DNA of 64,000 bases from Candidatus Bathyarchaeia archaeon (lineage in GTDB: Archaea > Thermoproteota > Bathyarchaeia > Bathyarchaeales > Bathycorpusculaceae): contig JBEKSS010000010.1 in the NCBI GenBank assembly GCA_049516875.1, positions 1 to 64,000 on the forward strand. Direction: 5' to 3'. The notes under the pieces were generated by a model. The model did no database searches, had not been told where the DNA came from, and saw nothing but the letters and a program-made list of their open reading frames with translations. Numbering within the stretch: the stretch's first letter is position 1; each line of letters starts with the position of its first letter. A program made the position numbers and the translations under genes. Below are positions 29,885-39,360 of the stretch, piece by piece.

Positions 29885-30727
29885 ATGTGGTTCGGCATGG
29901 GGAGACGCTGCAATTTTAACCTTAAAGAATTCTTGTCAAAACCAAGGTTTTTGCACGAGATAGCAGAGCACTATGGGGTTTCAAAGAAGACCGCAGTCTT
30001 TCATCTTCAAAAAGCCGTAAAATCTGGCCAGGTGCTAGTCAGTGAAGCCCCCGCGTTTCGGATCATCAAAGACTCCAGTGGCAACTTAAGAAAGCTCATA
30101 GGTTTTGTATGCATCTACCAAAGAAGACCAATTCTCATTGAAAAGGACGCAAGACCAGTTCTGCCCAAAACCGACAATTCTGTTTCAGTTCGAGGCAAGA
30201 CTTCACGGACAAGCTTAATTCCAGAACCTCATACATTATTCCGAAAATCACCCTTAAAGCATGAATTGCCAAGCTTCGCGTACACTGAGAAAATGAGAGC
30301 ACAAAACCGCGCAACAGAGCCAATCGCCAATTGGCCTTCAATACCAAAGTTAGATATGTCTCCTACAAACGCAACATCTGCAAACAACACAAAATTGGAC
30401 CGTGTGCCACCGTCAAGACATTATTCAAACAGCAAGTCCAAGCCTTTTCTGTACGTGGACAGAACCCGCCTGTTTAAGGCGTTGTTGGACAGATCTTTGC
30501 CTTTTCTCGATCTACACTACCGGTTTTACGTGTCCAGACAAACAATAACAAGACTTGTAGAGAAAGGATTGCTGAGTGAAACTTGGGGATCCAAAGGCGT
30601 TGGAGTAACGTTCAAACTCACAAGGAAAGGCAAAACCTACCTGAGGCAACTTGAGGCAGCGTCAACTTATGAAAGTAAAATAACTGAGAGTCCTCTTACA
30701 AGACTGAGACAACGAACCTTCGTCTAG
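29885..30727 (+). CDS. Putative regulator with N- and C-terminal winged-HTH domains
   Basis: LHEIAEHYGVSKKTAVFHL and C-terminal LVEKGLL...FKLTRKG. Confidence 0.65.
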   Translation: MWFGMGRRCNFNLKEFLSKPRFLHEIAEHYGVSKKTAVFHLQKAVKSGQVLVSEAPAFRIIKDSSGNLRKLIGFVCIYQRRPILIEKDARPVLPKTDNSVSVRGKTSRTSLIPEPHTLFRKSPLKHELPSFAYTEKMRAQNRATEPIANWPSIPKLDMSPTNATSANNTKLDRVPPSRHYSNSKSKPFLYVDRTRLFKALLDRSLPFLDLHYRFYVSRQTITRLVEKGLLSETWGSKGVGVTFKLTRKGKTYLRQLEAASTYESKITESPLTRLRQRTFV

Positions 30728-30838
30728 CGGGTTCTTTCTTAACACGCAGCGCGCGCGGATAAATGCTGCGTCGGGAAAAATATTCGACATCGAGTCAGCA
30801 GACTGCTCGCATCAGATAATAAAATGAAGGCCCGTACG

Positions 30839-33800
30839 TTAGAATTTGCTGCAGTTGAAGACGGCTATTGCTATGTCTCTCATGTTGCAGACGCCATCGT
30901 CGTTTATGTCCATGTCAGGGTTCCACTGCTGACTCGCAGGTCTTGTGTTGAATTTCCCGATGAGGGCGTATATGTCTTGCCTGTCAACAACCCCGTTAGG
31001 GCGGCCACCGGGGCCTGTAACGTCTCCTGGAACAGTGACGAACACCAAGCCACTTGATGAGCAGTTGTTGTCTATTGTGTCAACCTCTCCTGGAAGGGTG
31101 TCTGCGAGGGCTGTTATTGAGTAGTTGCCGATAGTGACTCGGGTGGTGTTCCAGACGAACGTGACCGTGGTTGAGTTTCTACTGATTAGTGTTATTGTCT
31201 GCGTCTGTATCCTTGTCGAGTTCGCCCAGATGGACATGTTGAAGGTTTCTATCTGTTCACCGTAGTTTATGATTTCTACGCTTATCCACATGTGAATGTG
31301 GCCAACCGTGTGTTTGGACGTGTCTATCATCACTACTCCAATGTCGTGTGGACCTGCGTAGGGCTTTGTGAGGGGAAACCGGTCGGTGTTGTTCGCGTCT
31401 ATGACGGGGGCCGCGTCTATTATGCCGTCGCATCCTGTTTCGTTCTGGTAAGCGCCTCTGAACACGTCGCTTCCATTATAGTCGCTCCAGTAGTTTCCTC
31501 CGGAAGGGTAGCCATTGTCCCAGAAATTCGCCAAACCAAGCGTGCCAACAGTGTTCGCACTGTTCACAAAGTTGTTGTGATAGATTTTGTTGTTTGAAGA
31601 ACTGTCGAGTCCAAGGCCATAACTGTGGTTGTTTGTTATGTTGTTTCCGACCAGACTGTTGTCTGATGAGTAGTCCTGGAGCCAAACACCATAATCGTTG
31701 TCTGTTATGCAGTTTCCAGCTAAGCTGTTGTTAGACGAATAATCGAGCCAAACACCATGATAGGGATTGGAGACTATGTTATTTGCGTTCAGACTGTTGT
31801 TGCTGGAAGAAAACCACAGGACGACTCCTTCATAATTGCTTGTTATGTTGTTCCCACTTAGGTTGTTGTTAGAACAAGAATGAAGCAAGACACCATAATG
31901 ATGATTGCCTACGATGTTGTTTTCATCTAGATTGTTGTTGTTAGAAGATAGAAAAATGCCTGTGCCAGTGTTGTTCAGCACGGTGTTTCCGTAGATGTTA
32001 TTACTGGATGAAGAAGGCAGTAGATAGATGCCGTCTCCGTTGTTGTCTGCGACATTATTGTGGCTAATCGTGCTGTAGCTTGAGCGCACTAGAATGCCGC
32101 AGCTTTGATATGTATACCCGCTGCTCCGTATCGTGAAGCCGGTGAGGTTGACGTTGTTGGCCGTTATGTTTACAACGGCTCCGGTTGAGGAGCCGTCAAT
32201 TATCGTGGTTCTGCTATTCTCTCCCACTAACGACACTGACTTGTTCACAACTACGTGCTCGTAATACGTTCCAGCATCAACGAGGATTCCGTGTCCGTTT
32301 AATGTCTCTGGCGCATCTATTGCCGCCTGAATAGTAGCGTAGTCCAACCCAGTGTTGACGTTGTGCACGGGAGAAAGGCTGTGCCTCAGGACTAGCGGAT
32401 AGTGATCTGTATTGTTTGCGTCTATGACGTAGGGCGTGTCGCCGATGCCGTCGCTGCCCGGAAGATCCTGGTTAGGGCCACTCTCCAAGTCAGTACCAGT
32501 ATAATCGCTCCAGTGATTGCCGCCCGAGGGATACCCGTTGTCCCAGATGTTTCGTCCTGCGCGATACACAATGTGAGTTGCTCCCACGCCGTTCACAGTG
32601 TTATGATAGAAGGAATTGTTCGAGCTGTCATCAAAATCAATTCCGCAGAAACCGTTCACCTGAAGATAGTTATCCGCGATGTTGTTGTAACTACTTCCCA
32701 GCACTTGGATGGTTGTGTTGCAGGAACGCAACGCGTTGTTCTCTACGTTGCAAGCTCTTGAGTTTATGAGTGAAACTCCAACGTTCGCGAGAGAGGAGTT
32801 CGTGTTCTCTAAGGTGCAGTTGACGCAATTGACGAGTTGAACATTGACCGAGTTTTTCATCAACTCGAGACTCTCCACAATCATGTTTGAACAGTCAACC
32901 AAGGTCACTTGTCCCGCATTCGAAGGAACCGTTTCATCAAGGTGGCCGATCCAATAGTAAACTGGTTTTCCATTTACCATGTTTGACGGGTCCATGTCAA
33001 GCTGGTCATACACGGTCGAACCCAACGCAAAATTATATCGGCTGTTGTTTTCCATCTCATTATTCCTAAAAGTGCCGTTAACTGCTCCTTCACCATAAAT
33101 ATTGATTCCTATCCCGTTGCTCGTGACCTGATTGTCGGAAATCCAATAATCACCTTGACCAATGCAGATTCCGCTTTCCGAATTGTACTCAACAAGGTTG
33201 TGCAGTATTACCCCGCGAGAGCTTTGAATACCTGCGCCCCAGTCACCCGCGTAGACGCCTGTCTGACCGTCCTGAATTGTAAAGTTGCAGAGGGAAACGT
33301 TGTCAGCACCCTTTATTCCCACAACATAACCTGAGCCGCTACCATCGATAATCGTCGCATCCCTGTCCTCTCCCAACAACGCCACCGTCTTGTTAGCGAC
33401 CACGTTCTCGTAATAAGTTCCTTTCCTGACTAATATCGAATCTCCACTGTTCACACTGTTAATCGCTTCCTGTATTGTCGGAAAAACGTCCGGCACTATC
33501 GTACCCTCTAAAATGTTAACTGAAAAAGTCTGGTTCAGAAAAGGTATATTGACACCGTTGCTGTCCAACAGAAACGTTTCCTGCGTGATGTGCTCTTTCA
33601 TGAAGGAGATGTTTGTCTCGCTTTTTTCTCCAACCTTGAAAGCCGTGAAGTTGATCATGCACAGTAATGCGTTGTCAACCGTCACGGCGTCGTTTGGGTT
33701 CGACAGAGTGGATCCAGCCACCACTTCTGGAGGTTGATAGTTGACATGGGGCAAGTCTACGGCTGAAATCTCGCTTTTTCCATGAAAGACATAGGAAGGA

Positions 33801-34105
33801 TCCGAAGAGGGTATCCAAACATTCGTGCAGTTCAAAGTGTTGTTGTCAAATGTTATTCCAACCTCCCAAGTCGCGAGGTTGCTTGTATGTCCCCTTAACG
33901 AGACGTTCAAGGTGAAGGGGATGCCTCTAGGAGGCAGCTCTTGAGTCTCGTTTCCGAGGGTTATGTTGCTCGAACCTGTTGTGAAGTCCGTAATTATAAT
34001 CGACCTAGAAACTGCTCCCTTTAAAGACCCAGAGTTCATTGAAGGAACGAACAAGCTCAGAAAGAGCAGAACGAGCATCATTCTGGAAACTGTTCTCTTT
34101 CGCAA
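30839..34105 (-). CDS. Secreted protein: cohesin-like domain, NosD-like beta-helices, CARDB-like domain, dockerin-like domain
   Basis: Likely TTG start at 34105 with signal peptide; NLATWEVGITFD cohesin-like segment; SNNNL.GNNI repeats; C-terminal GDV..NGVVDRQD..DINDDGVCNMRD. Confidence 0.82.
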   Translation of the reverse strand: MRKRTVSRMMLVLLFLSLFVPSMNSGSLKGAVSRSIIITDFTTGSSNITLGNETQELPPRGIPFTLNVSLRGHTSNLATWEVGITFDNNTLNCTNVWIPSSDPSYVFHGKSEISAVDLPHVNYQPPEVVAGSTLSNPNDAVTVDNALLCMINFTAFKVGEKSETNISFMKEHITQETFLLDSNGVNIPFLNQTFSVNILEGTIVPDVFPTIQEAINSVNSGDSILVRKGTYYENVVANKTVALLGEDRDATIIDGSGSGYVVGIKGADNVSLCNFTIQDGQTGVYAGDWGAGIQSSRGVILHNLVEYNSESGICIGQGDYWISDNQVTSNGIGINIYGEGAVNGTFRNNEMENNSRYNFALGSTVYDQLDMDPSNMVNGKPVYYWIGHLDETVPSNAGQVTLVDCSNMIVESLELMKNSVNVQLVNCVNCTLENTNSSLANVGVSLINSRACNVENNALRSCNTTIQVLGSSYNNIADNYLQVNGFCGIDFDDSSNNSFYHNTVNGVGATHIVYRAGRNIWDNGYPSGGNHWSDYTGTDLESGPNQDLPGSDGIGDTPYVIDANNTDHYPLVLRHSLSPVHNVNTGLDYATIQAAIDAPETLNGHGILVDAGTYYEHVVVNKSVSLVGENSRTTIIDGSSTGAVVNITANNVNLTGFTIRSSGYTYQSCGILVRSSYSTISHNNVADNNGDGIYLLPSSSSNNIYGNTVLNNTGTGIFLSSNNNNLDENNIVGNHHYGVLLHSCSNNNLSGNNITSNYEGVVLWFSSSNNSLNANNIVSNPYHGVWLDYSSNNSLAGNCITDNDYGVWLQDYSSDNSLVGNNITNNHSYGLGLDSSSNNKIYHNNFVNSANTVGTLGLANFWDNGYPSGGNYWSDYNGSDVFRGAYQNETGCDGIIDAAPVIDANNTDRFPLTKPYAGPHDIGVVMIDTSKHTVGHIHMWISVEIINYGEQIETFNMSIWANSTRIQTQTITLISRNSTTVTFVWNTTRVTIGNYSITALADTLPGEVDTIDNNCSSSGLVFVTVPGDVTGPGGRPNGVVDRQDIYALIGKFNTRPASQQWNPDMDINDDGVCNMRDIAIAVFNCSKF

Positions 34106-34401
34106 CTTCGCTTCTCGTAATTTAAATGATTCAAGCAGCAAATATGATTTTCGGAACAAGCCGAGACAGTTAACACTGGATTCATCTCTGTGGGTGTGCC
34201 CTCGCGGTTCCATCTTTCCTGCAACCACTTTCGTCCAAGGAAGCTGACGACTAACCATACCTCACAGGGCGATGTTTCGGAGGCAAACGGGATGGCTATA
34301 GCCCCCACTAAACTCGGCTCGGGGCTAAAACCGGAAAAAAGCGGCAAAGGCAGGAAGATTAAAGATTAATTAGGGCGCAGAGCCTTCTTGCAAAACAACT
34401 G

Positions 34402-34893
34402 TTGGGTGAAAAAGTGACAGGTAAAGTTGTGATCTTGATGGGGTCAGAGCGAGATTTGGAGTTGTGCCGTGAAATAGCTAGGCACGTGGAAGCTTTTGGT
34501 TTGGAGTACGAGTTTCGTGTTGCCTCTGCCCACAAGACCCCTGAAAAAGTCTTGGGAATCCTCAGAGAGTTTGAACAGCAGAAGATTGTCTACGTCACCG
34601 TCGCCGGCAGATCAAATGCTCTGAGCGCTTTTGTCGATGCGAACACCGCGAAACCAGTGATCGCCTGCCCACCCTATTCCGAAAAATTCGGCGGAGCAGA
34701 CATATACTCGTCTCTTCGAGTTCCAAGCGGTGTAGCCTCACTCTTGACGATTGAGCCTGAAGGAGCCGCACTCGCCGCGGCGAAAATCTTTGCTGCTGAA
34801 GACCGTGCTCTGGAAAAGAAAGTGCGAGACTATCAAAACGCGAAAAAGAGGGAGATCGAGAAAGCCGACGAGTCTGTTAGGAAACTAAAGTAG
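34402..34893 (+). CDS. purE: N5-CAIR mutase / AIR carboxylase
   Basis: ILMGSERD, VASAHKTPE, VAGRSNAL. Confidence 0.93.
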   Translation: MGEKVTGKVVILMGSERDLELCREIARHVEAFGLEYEFRVASAHKTPEKVLGILREFEQQKIVYVTVAGRSNALSAFVDANTAKPVIACPPYSEKFGGADIYSSLRVPSGVASLLTIEPEGAALAAAKIFAAEDRALEKKVRDYQNAKKREIEKADESVRKLK

Positions 34894-34902
34894 TGTGCGA
34901 TT

Positions 34903-35943
34903 ATGGGCAGCGTAAAAGACCTTGAAACGGTCAAGAAGCCGACAAAAAACGCTTTGGGCGTCGGCAGGTTCCACTTTTCAGATCGATACTCAGTTTTTGA
35001 CTGGGGAGAAATGCCTGACCAAATTGAGAACAAGGGAGCGGCTTTGTGCATCGTGGGAGCCTATTGCTTCGAGAAGCTGCAGGAGAGAGGCATCAAAACT
35101 CATTACAGGGGCCTGGTTGATAAGAGAGGGAAGGCTGTCACCGTTGAGGAGTTAAAGCAGCCAACGAGCATCATGGAAATAGACTTGGTCAACGTGTTCA
35201 GACCTAAAGCAGTTATGAAAGACGGAAGACTCCATTATAACTATCGCATGTACACGCCCAACCTGAGAAACTTTCTGATACCACTCGAAATTATCTACAG
35301 AAACGGGTTGCCCGAAGGCTCGTCAGTTTTCAAACGGCTAGAAGAAGGTGTAATCACTATTGAAACGTTGGGTTTAGATCATTATCCCATGCCGGGAGAG
35401 AGACTTTCGAAGCCGATTTTTGACGTAAGCACGAAGCTGGAAGAGGCGGACAGATACTTGACCTGTGACGAGGCAAGAGAAATCGCAGGGTTGACGGTTG
35501 AAGAGGTTGAAGACGTTAAGGCTTTGCTTCTAAGAGTCAACAAAATGATAACACAGATAGCATTGAAGGCCGATTTGGAAAATGAGGATGGAAAAATAGA
35601 GCTGGCGTTTGACCCTGAAAGAAAGCTCATGGTAGTTGACGTTGTGGGAACACTTGACGAGTGCAGATTCACCTACGACGGTCTGCACGTCAGCAAAGAG
35701 ACCGCCAGACAGTTCTACCGAAAAACAGATTGGTACAAGGATGTGGAAGAAGCAAAGAAAAGAGCAGAAAGAGAAGGAGTCAAAGACTGGAAGAAGCTTT
35801 GCACATCCAAACCGCCCAAGCTTGACCCAAGCTTGAAAAAGGCAATCAGCGAAATGTACATGGCCGTCGCAGATGAACTGACAGAAACAAGAATATTCGA
35901 TGTTCCAAGCCTTGCGGAAATAGTCGAACGCTACAGAAGCTAA
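34903..35943 (+). CDS. purC: SAICAR synthetase
   Basis: MGSVKD, FSDRYSVFDWG, DGKIE, VGTLDECRF. Confidence 0.94.
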   Translation: MGSVKDLETVKKPTKNALGVGRFHFSDRYSVFDWGEMPDQIENKGAALCIVGAYCFEKLQERGIKTHYRGLVDKRGKAVTVEELKQPTSIMEIDLVNVFRPKAVMKDGRLHYNYRMYTPNLRNFLIPLEIIYRNGLPEGSSVFKRLEEGVITIETLGLDHYPMPGERLSKPIFDVSTKLEEADRYLTCDEAREIAGLTVEEVEDVKALLLRVNKMITQIALKADLENEDGKIELAFDPERKLMVVDVVGTLDECRFTYDGLHVSKETARQFYRKTDWYKDVEEAKKRAEREGVKDWKKLCTSKPPKLDPSLKKAISEMYMAVADELTETRIFDVPSLAEIVERYRS

Positions 35944-36133
35944 GACTCTACGATGATTCCTGCCGAAAACCTTCCTCATCACATACACGAAAGAACAGAA
36001 GGGACACGGTGGCAGCAAAACACAACCATTTTACGAGTTTAAATTAGAAATCACAATCATTAGGTCCTGTCATTGCTCCCAATTCATAAATTATATGTTA
36101 AACTAGCAATTTCTCATATCCGAGAACGTGAAC

Positions 36134-36331
36134 ATGAAAACCATAGATGTTCTGATTGAAATTCCTTGTTTCAAGTGTCTCTATGCTGAACCGATAAAGG
36201 AGAGTCATCTACGCTGCAACCCTAACGAATGCGAAAAACTGACAGAGTGGCTCCTCACACAGGTTGAACATGATGAGAAGACTAAGGAGACCATAAGCCT
36301 CGCAATTTCTCACACCGAGAACCCTAGCTGA
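36134..36331 (+). CDS. Small Cys-motif (zinc-finger-like) protein
   Basis: IPCFKC...CNPNECEKLTEWL. Confidence 0.6.
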   Translation: MKTIDVLIEIPCFKCLYAEPIKESHLRCNPNECEKLTEWLLTQVEHDEKTKETISLAISHTENPS

Positions 36332-36534
36332 CCATGGCGAACCACGTTTGAAACGGCCCCCATCACGTCTCCCACATATTGAAGAATGGGGCAAAACAGT
36401 CTTGCATTGGAGGCCAGTCATTGTCTTGAATACGTAAACGGATAGGTGCTCAGACTGTGGAGGCTTGGGGGTTTTTTTACGAAGGATGGGCTCGTGTGGC
36501 GTAAGGGAAACGTAAAGGAGTCTGGGCCAGGTGT

Positions 36535-37977
36535 TTAGGTGACTAGTTCGTGCAGCTTGTTTGCTTTCATTGCTCTTTTGATCTCTAGGGCTATTCGGTC
36601 GCCTGTGCTTAGCGGTTTTTTGTATTTCGCGTTTGCGTATTGTGAACCAAGGCCCATGTGAACGTTTGTGCCGCCTCCATGTCTGAGGGCAACGTCCTGT
36701 GTGACTGGGATGTGCATGTATGGGTCTCGTTCTCCTGGCACATCGTAAAGACCGTAATCTATCGCGGATTTGGCTTCGCCGCCACCTGTGTAGTCCAACT
36801 TGCATGCCGGTTTCAGTTCGTACTTGGAAACGCGGTCCCACGTGATGAGGGTTTGCAGGCACCATGCGCCGATGATTCCTGGAGACGAGTATTCTCGGCA
36901 GGCGAGCAGGAAGCGGTCAGCGTACCGATGAATGTCTTTTAACAAGGATTCTCTTAAGCTCAGTATTGCGTGCGCCGTGACCTCGAATGATGGGACTTTC
37001 CTTATTTTTTGTTGAACGTCCGTTGGAAGCCTCTTTATACCGTCAAGTATCGTCTCTCTTCGCTCATCGATGGACAGGAACTGATTGGCCAAGCAGACTC
37101 TTGCCTCTTCCATGTCCACGTTGTAAAGCTTCGCAAACCAATTGTCAGCGTCTCCCCACTCGCTTTTCGCATCCAATGGCGAGAAGAAGAAGTTGAAGTT
37201 CGCGTGCGGACCGAGGACTATCTGTTCAACCCGTCCCTTCTCAAGCGCTTCCTTGCTCAGGTTTCCAGCCTGAACCTCCCTCTCAACTTTTTCTTCCAAG
37301 TCATCCGAGTCCGCGGCAAAGATGAACTCTCTTTCAAAGGCTCTGTGAGCGTGCTCAGCCTTCAGAATCATGGGTTCGCCCACTGGTTTTTTGAATTTTA
37401 TGCCACCTTTGTGGACCTCGTAAGCGTAAGACTTGGGCGAAGGTATGTTAGCCTTGTCTGCAAACCAGTAATAGTCTTTTTCAATTTCGCCCCTGTTCTC
37501 GATTTTTAAGAGATTCCTTGAACCGAGTATCGGAACGGCATACTTGTCTTCAATCACACTGCAACGTTCGTCTCCGCCAACATAAACCGCAAAGGCCCTG
37601 TTCGTGATCTGCATGCATTCCAAATTGACAAGCTCGTCAACGTACTTGACTATGTCGGAATATTTCTCAAGAATTAGTATAATGGTTCTCCAGCCACCCC
37701 TCTTCTTTATGTCCTTAGGGTCGTTCACAACGCGGAGGTCTCGCTTCACCAAGCCTGGCAAATCCTCCACAATCTCTTCAGGTTTGCCGACCATGGGGTT
37801 TTGAAGGTAAATCCTTGCCCTGCTCGGCGTGGTGTAGATTATGCTTCTCACACCGTAGTTGCGCTGACCCTGCCAAGCATCCAAGGCCGAGTGAGAGCCC
37901 AAGTTCAACCCGATTGGTTCCCTATACTTCTTAACTATATCCTGCATCTCTTCCCTTTTTATGACCACAAGTAACAC
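36535..37977 (-). CDS. purP: PurP-family ATP-grasp formate ligase (DUF1246/DUF1297)
   Basis: LGSHSALD, IIGAWCLQ, RHGGGTN; located next to purE/purC. Confidence 0.8.
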   Translation of the reverse strand: MLLVVIKREEMQDIVKKYREPIGLNLGSHSALDAWQGQRNYGVRSIIYTTPSRARIYLQNPMVGKPEEIVEDLPGLVKRDLRVVNDPKDIKKRGGWRTIILILEKYSDIVKYVDELVNLECMQITNRAFAVYVGGDERCSVIEDKYAVPILGSRNLLKIENRGEIEKDYYWFADKANIPSPKSYAYEVHKGGIKFKKPVGEPMILKAEHAHRAFEREFIFAADSDDLEEKVEREVQAGNLSKEALEKGRVEQIVLGPHANFNFFFSPLDAKSEWGDADNWFAKLYNVDMEEARVCLANQFLSIDERRETILDGIKRLPTDVQQKIRKVPSFEVTAHAILSLRESLLKDIHRYADRFLLACREYSSPGIIGAWCLQTLITWDRVSKYELKPACKLDYTGGGEAKSAIDYGLYDVPGERDPYMHIPVTQDVALRHGGGTNVHMGLGSQYANAKYKKPLSTGDRIALEIKRAMKANKLHELVT

Positions 37978-38205
37978 CTGCTAGACTATGCAAGCTAAAC
38001 ATTCAAACATTTTTTAAATCTTTCCACACATAGCTACAAAAACGTTGGCAGACCCACCATTCCACCTGGGACATTCCCAGAATTCTCTCTCAAGGTTTTC
38101 GACAACTCCAGATTTCGAAGAGTCTTCTAGAGTTCTGTTCTATTTTGTTCTTACAGGTGTAGTTATAAGAAAAGCAGCGCCATTTTTCAGACGGAGAGGG
38201 GAAGA

Positions 38206-38385
38206 ATGGCTGAATCTTGCAGCTGGCTGTTCGTTGAAAACGTGCCATTGCTCTATGACAAGGAAAAGGTTGCAAGACAGCTTAAGGTGGAAACCTGGCT
38301 CGACCTCACCCAACTTTTAAAGGAACTGAAAGACGAAGACACTGACAAGAAAAGCCCACAACAAGTAATAGACTACGTTGTATGA
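38206..38385 (+). CDS. 59-aa hypothetical protein, not in the ORF track
   Basis: TTATAAG at 38163 and a purine-rich RBS before the ATG; MAESCSWLFVENVPLLYDKEKVARQLKVETWLDL... Confidence 0.45.
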   Translation: MAESCSWLFVENVPLLYDKEKVARQLKVETWLDLTQLLKELKDEDTDKKSPQQVIDYVV

Positions 38386-39140
38386 AGGTCACAAGCCTTC
38401 AAAACCGTCTCAAAACTCTCGCGGGTCCCACATTTCTTGTAAAATCTCAATGCTTCAATTATCGCCTTCTTATCTTTCTCACCGATTTTTTCAGCGACTT
38501 TTCCCGCAATGCCACTGATGAACAGGAACTGACAGATTGAGGTTACGTTAGCTGTCGCCCGGTTCACACTGGCTGTTTCGAAATCAACGATAAACGGTCT
38601 ATCTTTCCTGTCAATGATTATGTGTTTTGGCGCATGGCTCAACTCTCCATGATCCAAGCTAATGCCGTCCAAAAGCCAACACTGCTCCAAAACCTCGCGC
38701 AAGACCTTCTTAACCCGCAACTTTCCAACACGTTTTTCAAGCCATACCGGAAGAAGACAGCCGTCAATAAATTGCATCAAAAGCAAGTTGCTGGTAAACC
38801 CTAGCAGTCGAGGCCCGACTTTGACGGAATTAGCCTTTTCAAGCATTTCCGCTTCACGTCGCATCCTCAACCGGTCAGCATCCAACCTTCGAACCTTCAA
38901 AGCCACCTTCTTTTTGTCTACATAAGCTATTAGAACAATTCCAACACAACCTTTGCCCAAGACATTCAAATTAGAGACTTGCTTGTCTCCCCTGAATTCC
39001 AAGGCTTTGACCCCTAGCTTCTGCAGTTCCTTTAATCGCCTCTTCAGTTCCGCCTTTCCAGGTTTGGGATAACTCAGCATTATTGCATATGGCGTGTCGT
39101 ATGTCAGTCTTTCTAACGGCACCATGAGCGGTTTCTTCAA
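38373..39140 (-). CDS. RIO-like serine/threonine protein kinase
   Basis: LGKGCVGIV, VALK, DHGELS, IVDFE. Confidence 0.85.
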   Translation of the reverse strand: MKKPLMVPLERLTYDTPYAIMLSYPKPGKAELKRRLKELQKLGVKALEFRGDKQVSNLNVLGKGCVGIVLIAYVDKKKVALKVRRLDADRLRMRREAEMLEKANSVKVGPRLLGFTSNLLLMQFIDGCLLPVWLEKRVGKLRVKKVLREVLEQCWLLDGISLDHGELSHAPKHIIIDRKDRPFIVDFETASVNRATANVTSICQFLFISGIAGKVAEKIGEKDKKAIIEALRFYKKCGTRESFETVLKACDLHTT

Positions 39141-39360
39141 ACCTTGACACTCTCATCGCTTTATTTCTAGCCAATCCGAATAAAAGCTAGCGGAACTTTG
39201 CCCGTTTGGAAGAAGGTTGGTAGAACGTTCAATATGTTCCAAAACAAGCTCCAAGGAAAAACCTGAATATTGCTTGGCCTAGAATGCTCATTCCCATCCG
39301 TCGTGGAAGTTTAAAAGCAAGAGGGAATATAGAAAAAAACAGTTGCAGGGAGAAACTGCT

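Noticed and set aside
34159-34345. SRP RNA, RNase P RNA or c-di-AMP/c-di-GMP riboswitch call
   Set aside because: Only fragmentary resemblance (e.g. CGTCAGCT); diagnostic motifs are missing. Kept as an unnamed structured candidate.
36209-36865. 218-aa minus-strand ORF and the many other ORFs nested in recognised genes
   Set aside because: Alternative-frame or antisense shadows of well-supported CDSs with no recognisable motifs.
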